Shown here one piece after another: positions 41,443-51,376 of a stretch of DNA of 64,000 bases. The stretch spans positions 1,408,001-1,472,000 of the forward strand of contig CAVZVA010000010.1 in assembly GCA_963778655.1 (NCBI GenBank), given 5' to 3'. Each line of letters opens with the position of its first letter. Positions within the stretch are counted from its first letter, which is position 1. The notes beneath the pieces are model-generated. The model did not search any database, was not told the origin of the DNA, and was given only the letters and a program-made list of their open reading frames with translations. Source of the DNA: an uncultured delta proteobacterium. GTDB lineage: Bacteria; Myxococcota_A; Polyangia; Polyangiales; JAFGIB01. The translations under genes were made by a program, and so were the position numbers.

Positions 41443-42936
41443 ATGACGGAATCGATCGCGATCATCGGCGCCGGCGTCGCGGGGCTCGCAACCGGCTGCT
41501 ACGCGCGCATGAACGGTTATCGCACGCGAATTTTCGAGCTGCACGACAAGCCGGGAGGAATGTGCACGTCCTGGGAGCGCAACGGCTACACCTTCGACAA
41601 CTGCCTGCAGTGGCTGGTGGGCACCGCTCCCGGCGAAGGCTTCCACCGCCTCTGGCTCGAGCTCGGCGCGCTGCGCGGGCGCGAGATCGTCGATCACGAG
41701 GAGCTTACGCGATACGAGCGCGCTGACGGCCGCGCGCTGGTGCTGTACACGGACCCCGACCGACTGGTCGCGCACATCAAAGAGCTCTCGCGCGAGGACG
41801 CCGGGCGCGCCGACGAGCTGCGGCGCGCGATTCAGCACTTCCGTGGCTTCCAGCCCATGCTGGACCGGCCGCACGGCGTCAAGAGCTTGCTCGAGCAGAT
41901 GGGCGCGCTGCTCGACGTCGCGCCCGCCGTGCCGGATCTGGTGCGCTACCGCAAGACCTCGGTGCAGGACTTCGCCGCGCGCTTTGCCGATCCGTTCTTG
42001 CGCGAGGCGTTCGCGGAGCTCTTCTCCTTGCCCGATTTCCCCTTCGTGGCCATGGCGGGGATGTTCGCGTTCATGGCGAACCGCGACGCCGGCTACCCGA
42101 TCGGCGGCTCGCTCCCGTTCGCGCGCGCGATCGAGCAGCGCTACCTCGGGCTGGGCGGCCAGCTCAGCTATCAGGCGCGGGTGCGCCGCATCCTGGTCGA
42201 GCGCGACCGTGCGATCGGCGTGGAGCTCGACAACGGCGAGCGCTATGCCGCCGACCTGGTGATCTCGGCTGCGGACGGGCACGCCACGCTATTCGACATG
42301 CTCGAAGGCCGTTACCTCGATCACGAGCTGCGCGAGCGCTACGGGACGCTGCCGCGCTTTCCGTCGCTGGTGCGCGTCTCGCTCGGGGTGGCGCGCGACC
42401 TGGGCCCGGAGCCGCACTCGGTCAGCTTCCCGTTGCGAGAGGCGATTCCGATCGACGGCAAGCCGGTGCGGCGCATGACGCTGCGCCACTACGCCTACGA
42501 TCCCACGCTCGCGCCCGCGGGCAAGACCGCGCTAAGCGTGGCCTTCGATTCGAGCTACGACGCCTGGCGCGCGCTGGCCCAGGACCCGCAGCGCTACGCG
42601 AGCGAAAAGGAACGCATCGCGCGCGACGTGATCGCCGGGATCGAGCAGCGCCTGCCGGGCATCGCTCGTCAGGTCGAGGCGGTCGACGTGGCCACGCCGC
42701 TCAGCTACGAGCGCTACACCGGCAACTGGCAGGGCAGCATCGAGGGCTGGCTGATCACAACGCGCACGCTCGGCATGCGCATGCCCGACAGCCTGCCGGG
42801 GCTGCAGCAGTTCCACATGGTCGGGCAGTGGACGCAGCCGGGGGGCGGGGTGCCACCCGCGGCCTGGTCGGGTCGCAGCGTGATCCGAAAGCTGTGTGAG
42901 CGCGACGGCAAGCGCTTCGAGACCACCAGCCCGTGA
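41443..42936 (+). CDS. Phytoene dehydrogenase-like FAD-dependent oxidoreductase
   Basis: IIGAGVAGL, PGGMCTSW, YPIGGS, DVATPLSYERYTGN, GQWTQPGGGVP; GGAGG RBS. Confidence 0.88.
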   Translation: MTESIAIIGAGVAGLATGCYARMNGYRTRIFELHDKPGGMCTSWERNGYTFDNCLQWLVGTAPGEGFHRLWLELGALRGREIVDHEELTRYERADGRALVLYTDPDRLVAHIKELSREDAGRADELRRAIQHFRGFQPMLDRPHGVKSLLEQMGALLDVAPAVPDLVRYRKTSVQDFAARFADPFLREAFAELFSLPDFPFVAMAGMFAFMANRDAGYPIGGSLPFARAIEQRYLGLGGQLSYQARVRRILVERDRAIGVELDNGERYAADLVISAADGHATLFDMLEGRYLDHELRERYGTLPRFPSLVRVSLGVARDLGPEPHSVSFPLREAIPIDGKPVRRMTLRHYAYDPTLAPAGKTALSVAFDSSYDAWRALAQDPQRYASEKERIARDVIAGIEQRLPGIARQVEAVDVATPLSYERYTGNWQGSIEGWLITTRTLGMRMPDSLPGLQQFHMVGQWTQPGGGVPPAAWSGRSVIRKLCERDGKRFETTSP

Positions 42937-43087
42937 TCTCGGCCGATCGGAACGCTTTCATTGGGGCATCACGCCCCACACGGGTGCTTTTCCCCAGCGC
43001 GCGACGCGCGAGATCGCTCGGCAGCCGCTGGCGCGCGCGATTGGTGCCGCGCTATGATCTAGGCGCTGTCGGTGTGGTGAGCTTTCG

Positions 43088-44056
43088 ATGCGCGCGTCCA
43101 CGGCCGTTTGCGTCGCTATCTGTTGTGGGCTCGCCCTTTCGCTGATGCACACGCGCTCGGCGCGCGCGACCTCGCTGCCGCATCGGCACCCCAAGCTGCA
43201 CACGCATCCCGGCATTCCGCTCGCGGTTACGGTCGATGATCTTCCGGGCGGCGGGCCCGAGGTCGGCGAGCTCACCCACGTGCGCATCGTCAAGGACATC
43301 GTCGCCGTGTTGCAGGCACACCACGTCGCGCACGCCACCGGCTTCGTGGTGGGATCGATGCTGGAGGGACAGCCCGAGCGCCAGGCCGCGCTCGACGCCT
43401 GGGTCGAAGCCGGCTTCGAGGTCGGCAATCACACCTATTCGCACCACTCGCTCGACGAGCTGGGCCTGGACGCCTACATCGAGGACATCCGTAAGAACCG
43501 GGCGGTGGTCGACCGGCTCGAGGAGCGCACCGCGCAGCGCGAGCAGTTCTTCCGCTACCCCTATCTGGAAGAGGGCCGCACCGATCGCGAGCGGCGAGCG
43601 CTGGAGCGTTTCCTAGCGATGCAGCACTACCAGGTGGCGCGCGTCTCGCTCGACTTCAGCGACTGGGCCTGGGCCGACGCGTACGTGCGTTGTCTGCAGC
43701 ACAGCGACACCCAGGCGCTCGAGTTGCTCAAGCAGAGCTACCTCGACAACGCCAAGGCCTACCTGGTGTGGTCGGTGGCTGCGGCGCACGAGGTCGTCGG
43801 CCACGCCATGCCGCAAGTGCTGCTCCTGCACGCGAACGCCGCGACTGCGCTCAACCTCGACGCCCTGTTGACCGCGTACGAGAACGCGGGCGTGCACTAC
43901 ATCTCGCTCGAGCAGGCGATCGCCGACCCCATCTACACCGCCAGCTACAACATCAGCGGCGGCACCGTATTCAGCCAGGCCAGCGAGCGCTGGAAGCGCC
44001 CGCACCCCCCGTATCTGGTGCGACCGCTCTCGCTGCTCGACCTGGCCTGTCGCTAG
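43088..44056 (+). CDS. Polysaccharide deacetylase (CE4), exported
   Basis: TVDDLP, GNHTYSH, FRYPY, LLLH; signal peptide. Confidence 0.88.
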   Translation: MRASTAVCVAICCGLALSLMHTRSARATSLPHRHPKLHTHPGIPLAVTVDDLPGGGPEVGELTHVRIVKDIVAVLQAHHVAHATGFVVGSMLEGQPERQAALDAWVEAGFEVGNHTYSHHSLDELGLDAYIEDIRKNRAVVDRLEERTAQREQFFRYPYLEEGRTDRERRALERFLAMQHYQVARVSLDFSDWAWADAYVRCLQHSDTQALELLKQSYLDNAKAYLVWSVAAAHEVVGHAMPQVLLLHANAATALNLDALLTAYENAGVHYISLEQAIADPIYTASYNISGGTVFSQASERWKRPHPPYLVRPLSLLDLACR

Positions 44057-44065
44057 CCGCATTGC

Positions 44066-45760
44066 TCAGCGCGGCTTGGGTGGACGCCGCCAGTGGCCGT
44101 GGTGCGGGCGCCGGGGGCGCCGGGGGCGCGGCCGCAGATCGGGGGCGCGCTCGGGTCGGATCATCAGCACGAAGAGCGAGCGCATGCGCAGCGCGCGGTA
44201 GCCGCGCCGGCGCAGCCTCCCCACGTCCTTGGGCCGATCGCGGAAGGTCACGATGAAGGTCGGCGGGTGCTCGCGCAGCACGCGCTCGTATTCTTCCTTC
44301 CAACCCGGCAGTGCGGCGCGCGCTTCGATCACGTGCCGGGACGGACAGCGCAGCCCCGACACCTGGTATACCGGCGCGGCGAAGCCACGCACGCACAGGG
44401 TGTCGCCCGGCCGCGCGCGGCGCTTGACCTCCTGGCCGACTTGCTCGAGCAGGCGGTAGTGGTCGAGCCGGTTCTGCCCGAGAAAGGGCTCGAGGTAGTC
44501 CCAGCGGTTGGTGCTGCCCGCGAGGTAGCCGGCCAGGTTGGCGAAGTGCTTGCGGTAGCTGTAATGCGGGTTGCTGCACCACCAGGGGCCGGCCGCGAAC
44601 GCCACCGCAACCAGCCCGCATGCGACCGCGACCGCGCGCCGCGGCTGCTCCGGCCACAGCACGCGCAGCCCCCACACGATGCAGGCTGCCAGCCACGGCG
44701 CGGCCACGACGAAGTGATAGCTGTAGAAGCGATACTGGATCCACACGCTGGCCAGCGCCGCGACCGTCAACCCGAGCAGCAGCGTGGTGCGCGCCGCGTC
44801 TTGCTTGCGCCCGCGGCGCCGCGACAGCACGCGTCCCAAGACCAGCCCGACGCCGGCCGTGATCAGCGCCGAGCCGCCGTACTCCAGGCAGATCCACTGC
44901 GGCAGACCGTCGACGCCGCTGGCCTTGCTGGCGTAGCGCAGCACCGCGCTGAACAGCACCTCCCACATCGCGTGAAGCCCGCCGCCGAACGCGAACGGCA
45001 GCACGCACAGCGCGAGCGTGACCAGCGATCCGAGCGCGTACGGCCCCGCGACCTCGAGCAGCGCCGCGACCGGCTGCTGCTTGCGCCGTGCGATCGCGCG
45101 CGCGCCCACGTAACCCGCGATCGGCAGCGTGATCAGCACCGCGGTGTGCTTGAACATCAGCGACGCCGCCGACAGCAGCCCGACCCAGAACGCGCGCCGC
45201 AGCGGGCGATCCTCGCCGTCGGCCGCGACCGCTGCGGCCAGCGCGAAGGTGGCCTCCCACAACTCCGGGTGCGACGTGTCCCAGTAGTCGAAGTACGTGT
45301 AGTACAGCCCGAACAACACGATTGCCGAGAGCCCCAGCTCGCCGCCGTGCTGGGTCACGCCGCTCGGCCGTGTGATGCGCGCCACGAGCGCGGCGCACGC
45401 GCCCAGCGTGAGCAGCTCGCCGATGCGAATCGCGGCCTGGCCCGGACCGAACAGCAGGCTGCACAGCGCGTGGACCGCGAAGATGCCCACCGGTTTGGCG
45501 CTCACCGCGGACACGAATGGCAGCTTGCCCAGCAGGATCCCCTGGCCCACGTACCAGTGCAGCGCCTGGTCGTTGCCATGCGGATAGAACAGCGCGGGCA
45601 GCCCGTAGCACAGCGCCAGCCCCAGCCCCAGCAGATCCAGACGGCCGCCCGGGGTCGCCAGCCACGCGCGCAGGCGCTGCAGCCGGGCCGCTCCGCGCGC
45701 AGAGGCAGCGGGGCCCTCGAGCGCGGCGCGTCCCAGCACGCTCTGGGGTTGTGAGGACAT
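44066..45760 (-). CDS. GT-C fold membrane glycosyltransferase (ArnT/PMT-like)
   Basis: GNDQ acidic loop, G.LPF....KP.G, HPE, MFK, YRFYSYH, many TMs. Confidence 0.65.
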   Translation of the reverse strand: MSSQPQSVLGRAALEGPAASARGAARLQRLRAWLATPGGRLDLLGLGLALCYGLPALFYPHGNDQALHWYVGQGILLGKLPFVSAVSAKPVGIFAVHALCSLLFGPGQAAIRIGELLTLGACAALVARITRPSGVTQHGGELGLSAIVLFGLYYTYFDYWDTSHPELWEATFALAAAVAADGEDRPLRRAFWVGLLSAASLMFKHTAVLITLPIAGYVGARAIARRKQQPVAALLEVAGPYALGSLVTLALCVLPFAFGGGLHAMWEVLFSAVLRYASKASGVDGLPQWICLEYGGSALITAGVGLVLGRVLSRRRGRKQDAARTTLLLGLTVAALASVWIQYRFYSYHFVVAAPWLAACIVWGLRVLWPEQPRRAVAVACGLVAVAFAAGPWWCSNPHYSYRKHFANLAGYLAGSTNRWDYLEPFLGQNRLDHYRLLEQVGQEVKRRARPGDTLCVRGFAAPVYQVSGLRCPSRHVIEARAALPGWKEEYERVLREHPPTFIVTFRDRPKDVGRLRRRGYRALRMRSLFVLMIRPERAPDLRPRPRRPRRPHHGHWRRPPKPR

Positions 45761-45806
45761 CGGCCGGGCGAAGCGAACCACAGCCTCGCCGTAGGTCAAG
45801 GACCGT

Positions 45807-47129
45807 TCAAGGCGAAGCCCGGTCGGCGTCCCCGTCTCGCTCGTCTGGGTCGGGGTAGGAGCGCCAGGTCTTCTGCACGATCAAGCGCGCTCCGCGCGAG
45901 AAGGTGAGATAGGACCAAGCCCACTGGATCAACACGAACAGGCGATTCTTGAAGCCGCTCAGGTAGTAGATGTGGATGGTGAGCCAGGCCAGCCACGCGA
46001 TCCAGCCGGTCAGCCGCAGGTGGCGCAGCTGCGCGATGGCGCGGCTACGGCCGATCGTGGCCATCTGGCCCTTGTCACGGTAGGCAAACGGGGCGCGCGG
46101 CCGGCCACGCAGCTCCCCCAGGATTGTGCGCGCGACGTAGCGCCCCTGCTGTAGGGCGACCGGTGCGATGCCCGGCAAGGGCCGCCCGTCCGGGCCGAGC
46201 GCGTGAGCCAGGTCGCCCAGCACGAACACCTCGGGGTGCCCGGGCAGCGACAGATCCGCGGCCACCATCACGCGGCCCTGCGCGTCGCACCGCGCGCTGT
46301 CGAGCAAGCCCAGGCTCGAGGCCTGCACGCCCGCGGCCCACAGCACGGTGCTGGTGCCGATGCGCTCCTCGCCCACCTGCACGCCGGCGGCGTCGACCGC
46401 GGTGACGCGGCTGTTGGTCCACACCTGCACCCCGAGCGTTTCCAGATCGCGGGTGGCGCGGCTGGCGAGCTGCGGCACGAAGCTGGGCAGGATGCGCGGC
46501 CCGGCTTCGATCAGGATCACGCGCGTCAGCTTGGGGTCGATGTTGTGAAAGTCCTTGGCCAGCGTGAAGCGGCTCATCTCGCCCAGCGCCCCGGCCAGCT
46601 CCACGCCGGTCGGGCCGCCGCCCACGATCACGAAGGTGAGCGCACGCCGCCGGCGCTCGGCATCGGTCTCGCGCTCGGCCAGCTCGAACGCGGTCAGCAC
46701 GCGGCGCCTGATCTCGGTGGCTTGTTCCAGCGTCTTGAGCCCGGGGGCGAAGCGCTCCCAGGCCTCGTGCCCGAAGTAGGCGTGCTGCACGCCCGTCGCC
46801 AGCACCAGGTAGTCGTACTCGAGCGGGGCGAAGCCCTCGCCGGTGACGCGCCGCGCGCCGAGATCGACGCCGCGCACCTCGCCCTGGATCACGCTGAGGT
46901 GGGGATCGCCCGAGAGCAGCGTGCGGATCGGGACCGCGATCTCGGCCGGGCTCAGCCCCGCCATCGCCACCTGGTAGAGCAGCGGTTGAAACAGGTGATG
47001 GTTGCGGCGATCGACCACCCACAGCTCGACCTCGGTGCGGCCGCGCAGCGCCCTGGCGGCGTTCAATCCGGCGAAGCCCGCGCCCACGATCACCACGCGC
47101 TTGGGCTGCTCGCTCACGGCGCGCAGCAT
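45807..47129 (-). CDS. ndh: Type II NADH:quinone oxidoreductase
   Basis: VIVGAGFAG, FQPLLYQVA, VGGGPTGVELAG, WAAGV, YRDKGQMATIGR. Confidence 0.93.
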   Translation of the reverse strand: MLRAVSEQPKRVVIVGAGFAGLNAARALRGRTEVELWVVDRRNHHLFQPLLYQVAMAGLSPAEIAVPIRTLLSGDPHLSVIQGEVRGVDLGARRVTGEGFAPLEYDYLVLATGVQHAYFGHEAWERFAPGLKTLEQATEIRRRVLTAFELAERETDAERRRRALTFVIVGGGPTGVELAGALGEMSRFTLAKDFHNIDPKLTRVILIEAGPRILPSFVPQLASRATRDLETLGVQVWTNSRVTAVDAAGVQVGEERIGTSTVLWAAGVQASSLGLLDSARCDAQGRVMVAADLSLPGHPEVFVLGDLAHALGPDGRPLPGIAPVALQQGRYVARTILGELRGRPRAPFAYRDKGQMATIGRSRAIAQLRHLRLTGWIAWLAWLTIHIYYLSGFKNRLFVLIQWAWSYLTFSRGARLIVQKTWRSYPDPDERDGDADRASP

Positions 47130-47384
47130 AGCGCCCGCCTGCGCGCTGGGGCACGTTTGCTCGAGGAGGGCTCGAAAACTGCAGTGTGTGCGTGACGCGC
47201 AGGCTGCCACGGGCTCGGTCGCTCGCGCGCAAGCTGCCGCGATCACCGAGGATTCGCGCGTGCCAGGGCGGCACTTGGAGCGCTGCGACTCGGCGCTCGC
47301 GTGCAGTAGACAGCCGGCAGCAACAGGCCCCATGCTCGGGCCCTGGGTTCCGGCCCGCCCGACGGCGGGACCGGTGCAGCCGCG

Positions 47385-48518
47385 ATGCAGCGCGACGAGC
47401 TGGAGCCAACGCCGTCCGAGGACGTGCACGAGCGCGACACGATGCCGGCGCCCGAACCGGTGATGACGGCGTTGCGCGCACGCCTCGACGAGACGCCGCG
47501 TGCCGTGCACCCGCTCGCGGGCGATGCCGGCGGCGTGTGCGAGCCGGACGGACCGCCCACGGTGCCGGTGCCGGCATTGCCGCCGCGGGCTGCGGTCGAG
47601 CCCGCGATGGAGAGCGCCTCCGAGCCGAGCAACGATGCGCAGGCGCTGCGGCCGCCGCCTGCCGAGCGCGCGGGCGGCGGCGCCCGCGCCCACGATCACG
47701 CGCGAGAGGCGGAGCCCGCGCACGACGACGAGGACACGCGGCCGTATCCGCTTGCCGGGCGCGGGCGGGGCTGCGAGTCGCTGCCGCCCTTGCCCGGAGA
47801 GCCGGCTGCGCTGTCGGCCCACGAGCGGGCGCTGATCGCGGCCGCGGCCGAGCCGGCTGCGTTCGAGCCCGGAGGCTCGAGCCTCGCGCCGGCCGAGCGC
47901 GCCCATCGCCCCGAGGCCAACGACACGCCCGCGAGCGCAGCCATGTTGCTGGTCGCGGCGCTGCTGCCACTCGGGGCCAGCGCGCTGTGGCTCGCGGCCG
48001 CGCACCACCAGGTCACACGCGCGGCCGCGGCGCAGGCGGCGGCCGCGCCGGCCGAGCGCGCGGCGGCCTTTGAGCTGGGATCACCTGCGCTCGCGCCTGC
48101 GCCTGCCGCGCCGCGAGCCGCACCGAGCCCTCTGCCCGGTGCGCCGCCCGCGCCTGCGGCGGCGGTCGAAGCGGGCGCGCCCGAGAGCGGGGCTCCGGCG
48201 CCCGCGCTACGCCTGCGACGCGTGCCCTCCGTTTCACGCGCGCCCGCTCTGGACCGCCCCGACACGCCGAGCCGGCAGGACGTGGTCTCCGCGCTCGAGC
48301 CCTTGCGCAGCGCGCTGCAGCGCTGCGCCGAAGGCCATCACGGCGTGGCCGCGGTCGACATCTCGGTCAAGAGCAGCGGCGCGGTCGCGCAGGCGATCGT
48401 GGGCGGCGACTTCGCGGGCAGCCCCCAGGGCTCGTGCATCGCGCGCGCGCTGCGTCGCGCCCACTTCCGCCCCTTCAAGCAGGCGCGCTTCCGCGTGCTC
48501 TACCCGTTCGCGCTCTGA
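47385..48518 (+). CDS. Membrane protein with AgmX/TonB-C-like C-terminal domain
   Basis: Disordered N-terminus, TM, Pro linker, LQRCA...SSGAV...SCIARALRRAHF...YPF. Confidence 0.6.
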   Translation: MQRDELEPTPSEDVHERDTMPAPEPVMTALRARLDETPRAVHPLAGDAGGVCEPDGPPTVPVPALPPRAAVEPAMESASEPSNDAQALRPPPAERAGGGARAHDHAREAEPAHDDEDTRPYPLAGRGRGCESLPPLPGEPAALSAHERALIAAAAEPAAFEPGGSSLAPAERAHRPEANDTPASAAMLLVAALLPLGASALWLAAAHHQVTRAAAAQAAAAPAERAAAFELGSPALAPAPAAPRAAPSPLPGAPPAPAAAVEAGAPESGAPAPALRLRRVPSVSRAPALDRPDTPSRQDVVSALEPLRSALQRCAEGHHGVAAVDISVKSSGAVAQAIVGGDFAGSPQGSCIARALRRAHFRPFKQARFRVLYPFAL

Positions 48519-48546
48519 GCCGGGCTTCGCCCCGAGCCTGCGCGGC

Positions 48547-49620
48547 TCAGGGCCAGAAGGCGACGCCCAGCACGAGCGTGATGCGCAGCCCCCGCAGCGC
48601 CAGCAGCGTCGCCCGATCGGCGTCGAGCCCGCGGATCGGCTTGACCACGTAGCCGCCTTCGCAAGCCGTACGCAGCGCGAGCTTGGACGCCACGCGCAGC
48701 TCCAGGCTCGCGCGCGCCAGCGGGACCACGAACCAGCTCGAGAGCGTGCGACCGCTGAGATCCGGCTGGCGCGGGGACGCCGCGAGCAGGCCATAGCCGG
48801 CCCGCACCCCGAGCCCGAGCCCGAGATCGATGGGGCCGCCACCTGCGTGCCAGGCCACCGCGACGCCGAGCGAGAGATCGCGCGCGGTGGCGAGCGCCTG
48901 AGCGGTGCGCCGCTGGCCGCGCTCGATCGCGATGCCGGCGTCCAGCCCGAGCGCGGAGAAGCGCCGCGCCACGCCGAACGCGAGCAACGGCGCGAACAGC
49001 GCCGGCTCGAACGCGCGCGCTGCGCCGCCGGCCAGCCACAGCTCGAACGGTCCCCCGCGCGCGGCCGGGCTCGGCGCCGCCGCCGGCCGCGCCGCTGGCG
49101 CGCCGGTCTTGGTCGCGCGCCGCTCGCCTTGCTCGAGGCGGCTGGTCGCGATCAGCTCGGCCGTCGCCAGCGCCAGCACCCGCGCTCTGGCCTCCGGCTT
49201 GGTGCTGCGGAGATCGACCTCCAGCACCAGCGGCGCGCTGCGGCGCGCGTCTTCGACGGTGATCGTCGCCCGCTGCGCGAAGCAGCGCAGCGAGGCCCGA
49301 ACGGGGCTCGCCGGCCCATCCGCGACCGCCGTCTTGCGCTGGGTCTCGAGCTCGAGCGCGATCAGCTTGGTGATCTCCTCGCCCGGGATCTGCTCGCAGT
49401 CCTGGACCGAAAAGCTGACCGCGCCGTCGCTTTCGCTCTGGGCCTGCGCCACGGCGTGCAGGCAGACCAGCGCGCCCTGCAACAGGACGAGGCGGAGGCC
49501 GCCGCGCGCGCTGGGTCGGCCGCGAGCGTCGGGCGCGCGCATCCAGCGAGCATAGGGGCCCGCAGCCTCGCGGCCAAGCGCCCGTGCCGGCCCCGGCCCA
49601 GGCGGGGTGCTGGGGCTCAC
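48547..49620 (-). CDS. Hypothetical exported protein with C-terminal beta-barrel-like region
   Basis: Overlaps the FecR stop; alternating amphipathic strands ending LGVAFWP; start uncertain. Confidence 0.6.
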   Translation of the reverse strand: MSPSTPPGPGPARALGREAAGPYARWMRAPDARGRPSARGGLRLVLLQGALVCLHAVAQAQSESDGAVSFSVQDCEQIPGEEITKLIALELETQRKTAVADGPASPVRASLRCFAQRATITVEDARRSAPLVLEVDLRSTKPEARARVLALATAELIATSRLEQGERRATKTGAPAARPAAAPSPAARGGPFELWLAGGAARAFEPALFAPLLAFGVARRFSALGLDAGIAIERGQRRTAQALATARDLSLGVAVAWHAGGGPIDLGLGLGVRAGYGLLAASPRQPDLSGRTLSSWFVVPLARASLELRVASKLALRTACEGGYVVKPIRGLDADRATLLALRGLRITLVLGVAFWP

Positions 49621-50777
49621 TCGTCGAGGCCGGCAAACCGCCGCACCGCGTTGACGCGCCGGCCGTTCGGGTAGCGCGCCAGATATTCCGCGGCGAGCGC
49701 ACGCGCGTGCGCCGCGTCGCCGGCGCGGTGCGCGGCCTCGACCTGGCGCGCGAGCGCGTCCTGGGCCAGCGCGGAATTCAACGACAGCGCGCGTGCCCTG
49801 CCGTACGCGGCTTCGGCTTCGCGCGCCCGCGAGAGTTGCTGCATCAGCACGTTGCCGAGCATGAACGCAGCCAGCGGTGCGCGCGAATCGCGCGGGTGAT
49901 CGTCCGCGACCCGGGCGAGATAGGGCAGCGCCGCCTCGGGGTGGCCCGAAAGGCGCGCGGCGTCGGCTGCGAGCATGAGCTCCTCGACGTCGTCGATCGG
50001 CGGGTGCTTGGTCTGCTGCAGGAGCTCATAGGCGCGCGCGAAGTCGCCGTGCTCGGCGGGCTCGCGCCAGTTGCCGCGTGCGGCCGGCGCGTGCGTCCGC
50101 GGCGCGGCCGGCCTGGCGTTGGGCAGCGCCGCATTTGGTGGCGCCTCGGCGGGGCTCTCGGCCGCCGACTCCGCTTTCGGCGTGCTCGGCTTGGGAAACC
50201 AGCCCGCTTCGCCCGCGCTCAGCACGCTTCGGCCGTCACGCCACTCGACCGCCACGCGTCCTCGCTCGACGACCACGCGGGTGCGGTCGCCCTGGCGCTC
50301 GAGCACGAACGCGGTGCCGAGCACCTCCACGGTGACGGCATCGCAGCGCACGCGAAACACGCGCCCCGACCGCCGCGTGACCTCGAAACGAGCGCGGCCG
50401 CTCTCCAGCTCGAGGCTCGTGCGCGCGGGCGACACCTCGGTCAGCACCACGTGGGTCTGTGGATCGAGCAGGTCGATCTGCGATCCGTCCGCGAGCTGCA
50501 TGCGCTGCGCGAAGGTGGCCGCGCCCGTAGCGGCACGCGCGGGCAGCTCTGTCCGGGCTGCCGGCTTGTCCGCGACCCGGCCGCCGTGCCGGAGCCCCCA
50601 TGCGCCCGCGACCGCGAGCGCGCCTGCGACCGCCGCGGATGCGAGCACCGCCCGCCGGCGCTTGCGCCGCACCAGCTTGCGCTGCGCTTGCAGCAGCGTG
50701 CGCTGAACGCGCTGATCGTCCCAGCGTTCGTCGATCTGGGCCAGCGCGGTTTCGACTTCGAGCCCTGGTTCACTCAT
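49617..50777 (-). CDS. FecR-domain anti-sigma factor with C-terminal TPR
   Basis: TM, LADGS, LESGRARFEV, VEVLGTAF, VERGRVAV, YLARYPNG. Confidence 0.88.
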   Translation of the reverse strand: MSEPGLEVETALAQIDERWDDQRVQRTLLQAQRKLVRRKRRRAVLASAAVAGALAVAGAWGLRHGGRVADKPAARTELPARAATGAATFAQRMQLADGSQIDLLDPQTHVVLTEVSPARTSLELESGRARFEVTRRSGRVFRVRCDAVTVEVLGTAFVLERQGDRTRVVVERGRVAVEWRDGRSVLSAGEAGWFPKPSTPKAESAAESPAEAPPNAALPNARPAAPRTHAPAARGNWREPAEHGDFARAYELLQQTKHPPIDDVEELMLAADAARLSGHPEAALPYLARVADDHPRDSRAPLAAFMLGNVLMQQLSRAREAEAAYGRARALSLNSALAQDALARQVEAAHRAGDAAHARALAAEYLARYPNGRRVNAVRRFAGLDE

Positions 50778-51366
50778 CGCGCAGCTCCTGTTCGAGCCAA
50801 CTCTCGGCCTGGCGCAGCGCGCGCTGCACCGTCGATTGCGAGCATCCGCTGAGCTCGACGATCCGGTGAAGCGGCTCCTCGAGCACATGGCGCAGGATCC
50901 AGATCACGCGGGTGCGCGCCGGCAGGCGGTCGAGCAAGCCGGATACCTTCGCCAGCAGCACGCGCTGTTCCGTCGTCGCGCTGCGCCCGGCGAGCTGCTC
51001 GTAGTCCGAGGGCTCCATGGGCAGGTGCAGGGCGCGCAGCAAGCTCAGCTTGCGCAGCCTGCGCACGCACAGCCTCACCGTGATCTTGGCGAGCCAACCC
51101 CGGATCGCGTTCGGATCGCGCAATTGCGCCAGCCCGCGCAGGGCTTCGACGAAGACGTCTTGCACCAGGTCGTCGAGCTCGCCGTCCCGCCCGAGCAGCC
51201 GAGCCGCCACCGAGGCGACGTAGCGGGCGTGCTGGTGATACAGCGAGTCGAGCAGTGCGGGCTCGCTCCGCGCCGCCCGGGGTGAAGGCGGCGCGCCGGC
51301 GAGCTCCTGATCGGCGTCGGCGTGGACCACGCGGAGCTCCACGCCCGTGCGCCGCCGGGCGGTCAT
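50770..51366 (-). CDS. ECF RNA polymerase sigma factor
   Basis: DDLVQDVF, RGWL, C-terminal HTH (GCSQSTVQRAL); overlaps the FecR start. Confidence 0.9.
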   Translation of the reverse strand: MTARRRTGVELRVVHADADQELAGAPPSPRAARSEPALLDSLYHQHARYVASVAARLLGRDGELDDLVQDVFVEALRGLAQLRDPNAIRGWLAKITVRLCVRRLRKLSLLRALHLPMEPSDYEQLAGRSATTEQRVLLAKVSGLLDRLPARTRVIWILRHVLEEPLHRIVELSGCSQSTVQRALRQAESWLEQELRDE

Positions 51367-51376
51367 GGGCGTACCC

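Noticed and set aside
41443..42936. Carotenoid biosynthesis cluster
   Set aside because: Lone phytoene-dehydrogenase-like gene with no crtB/crtE neighbours
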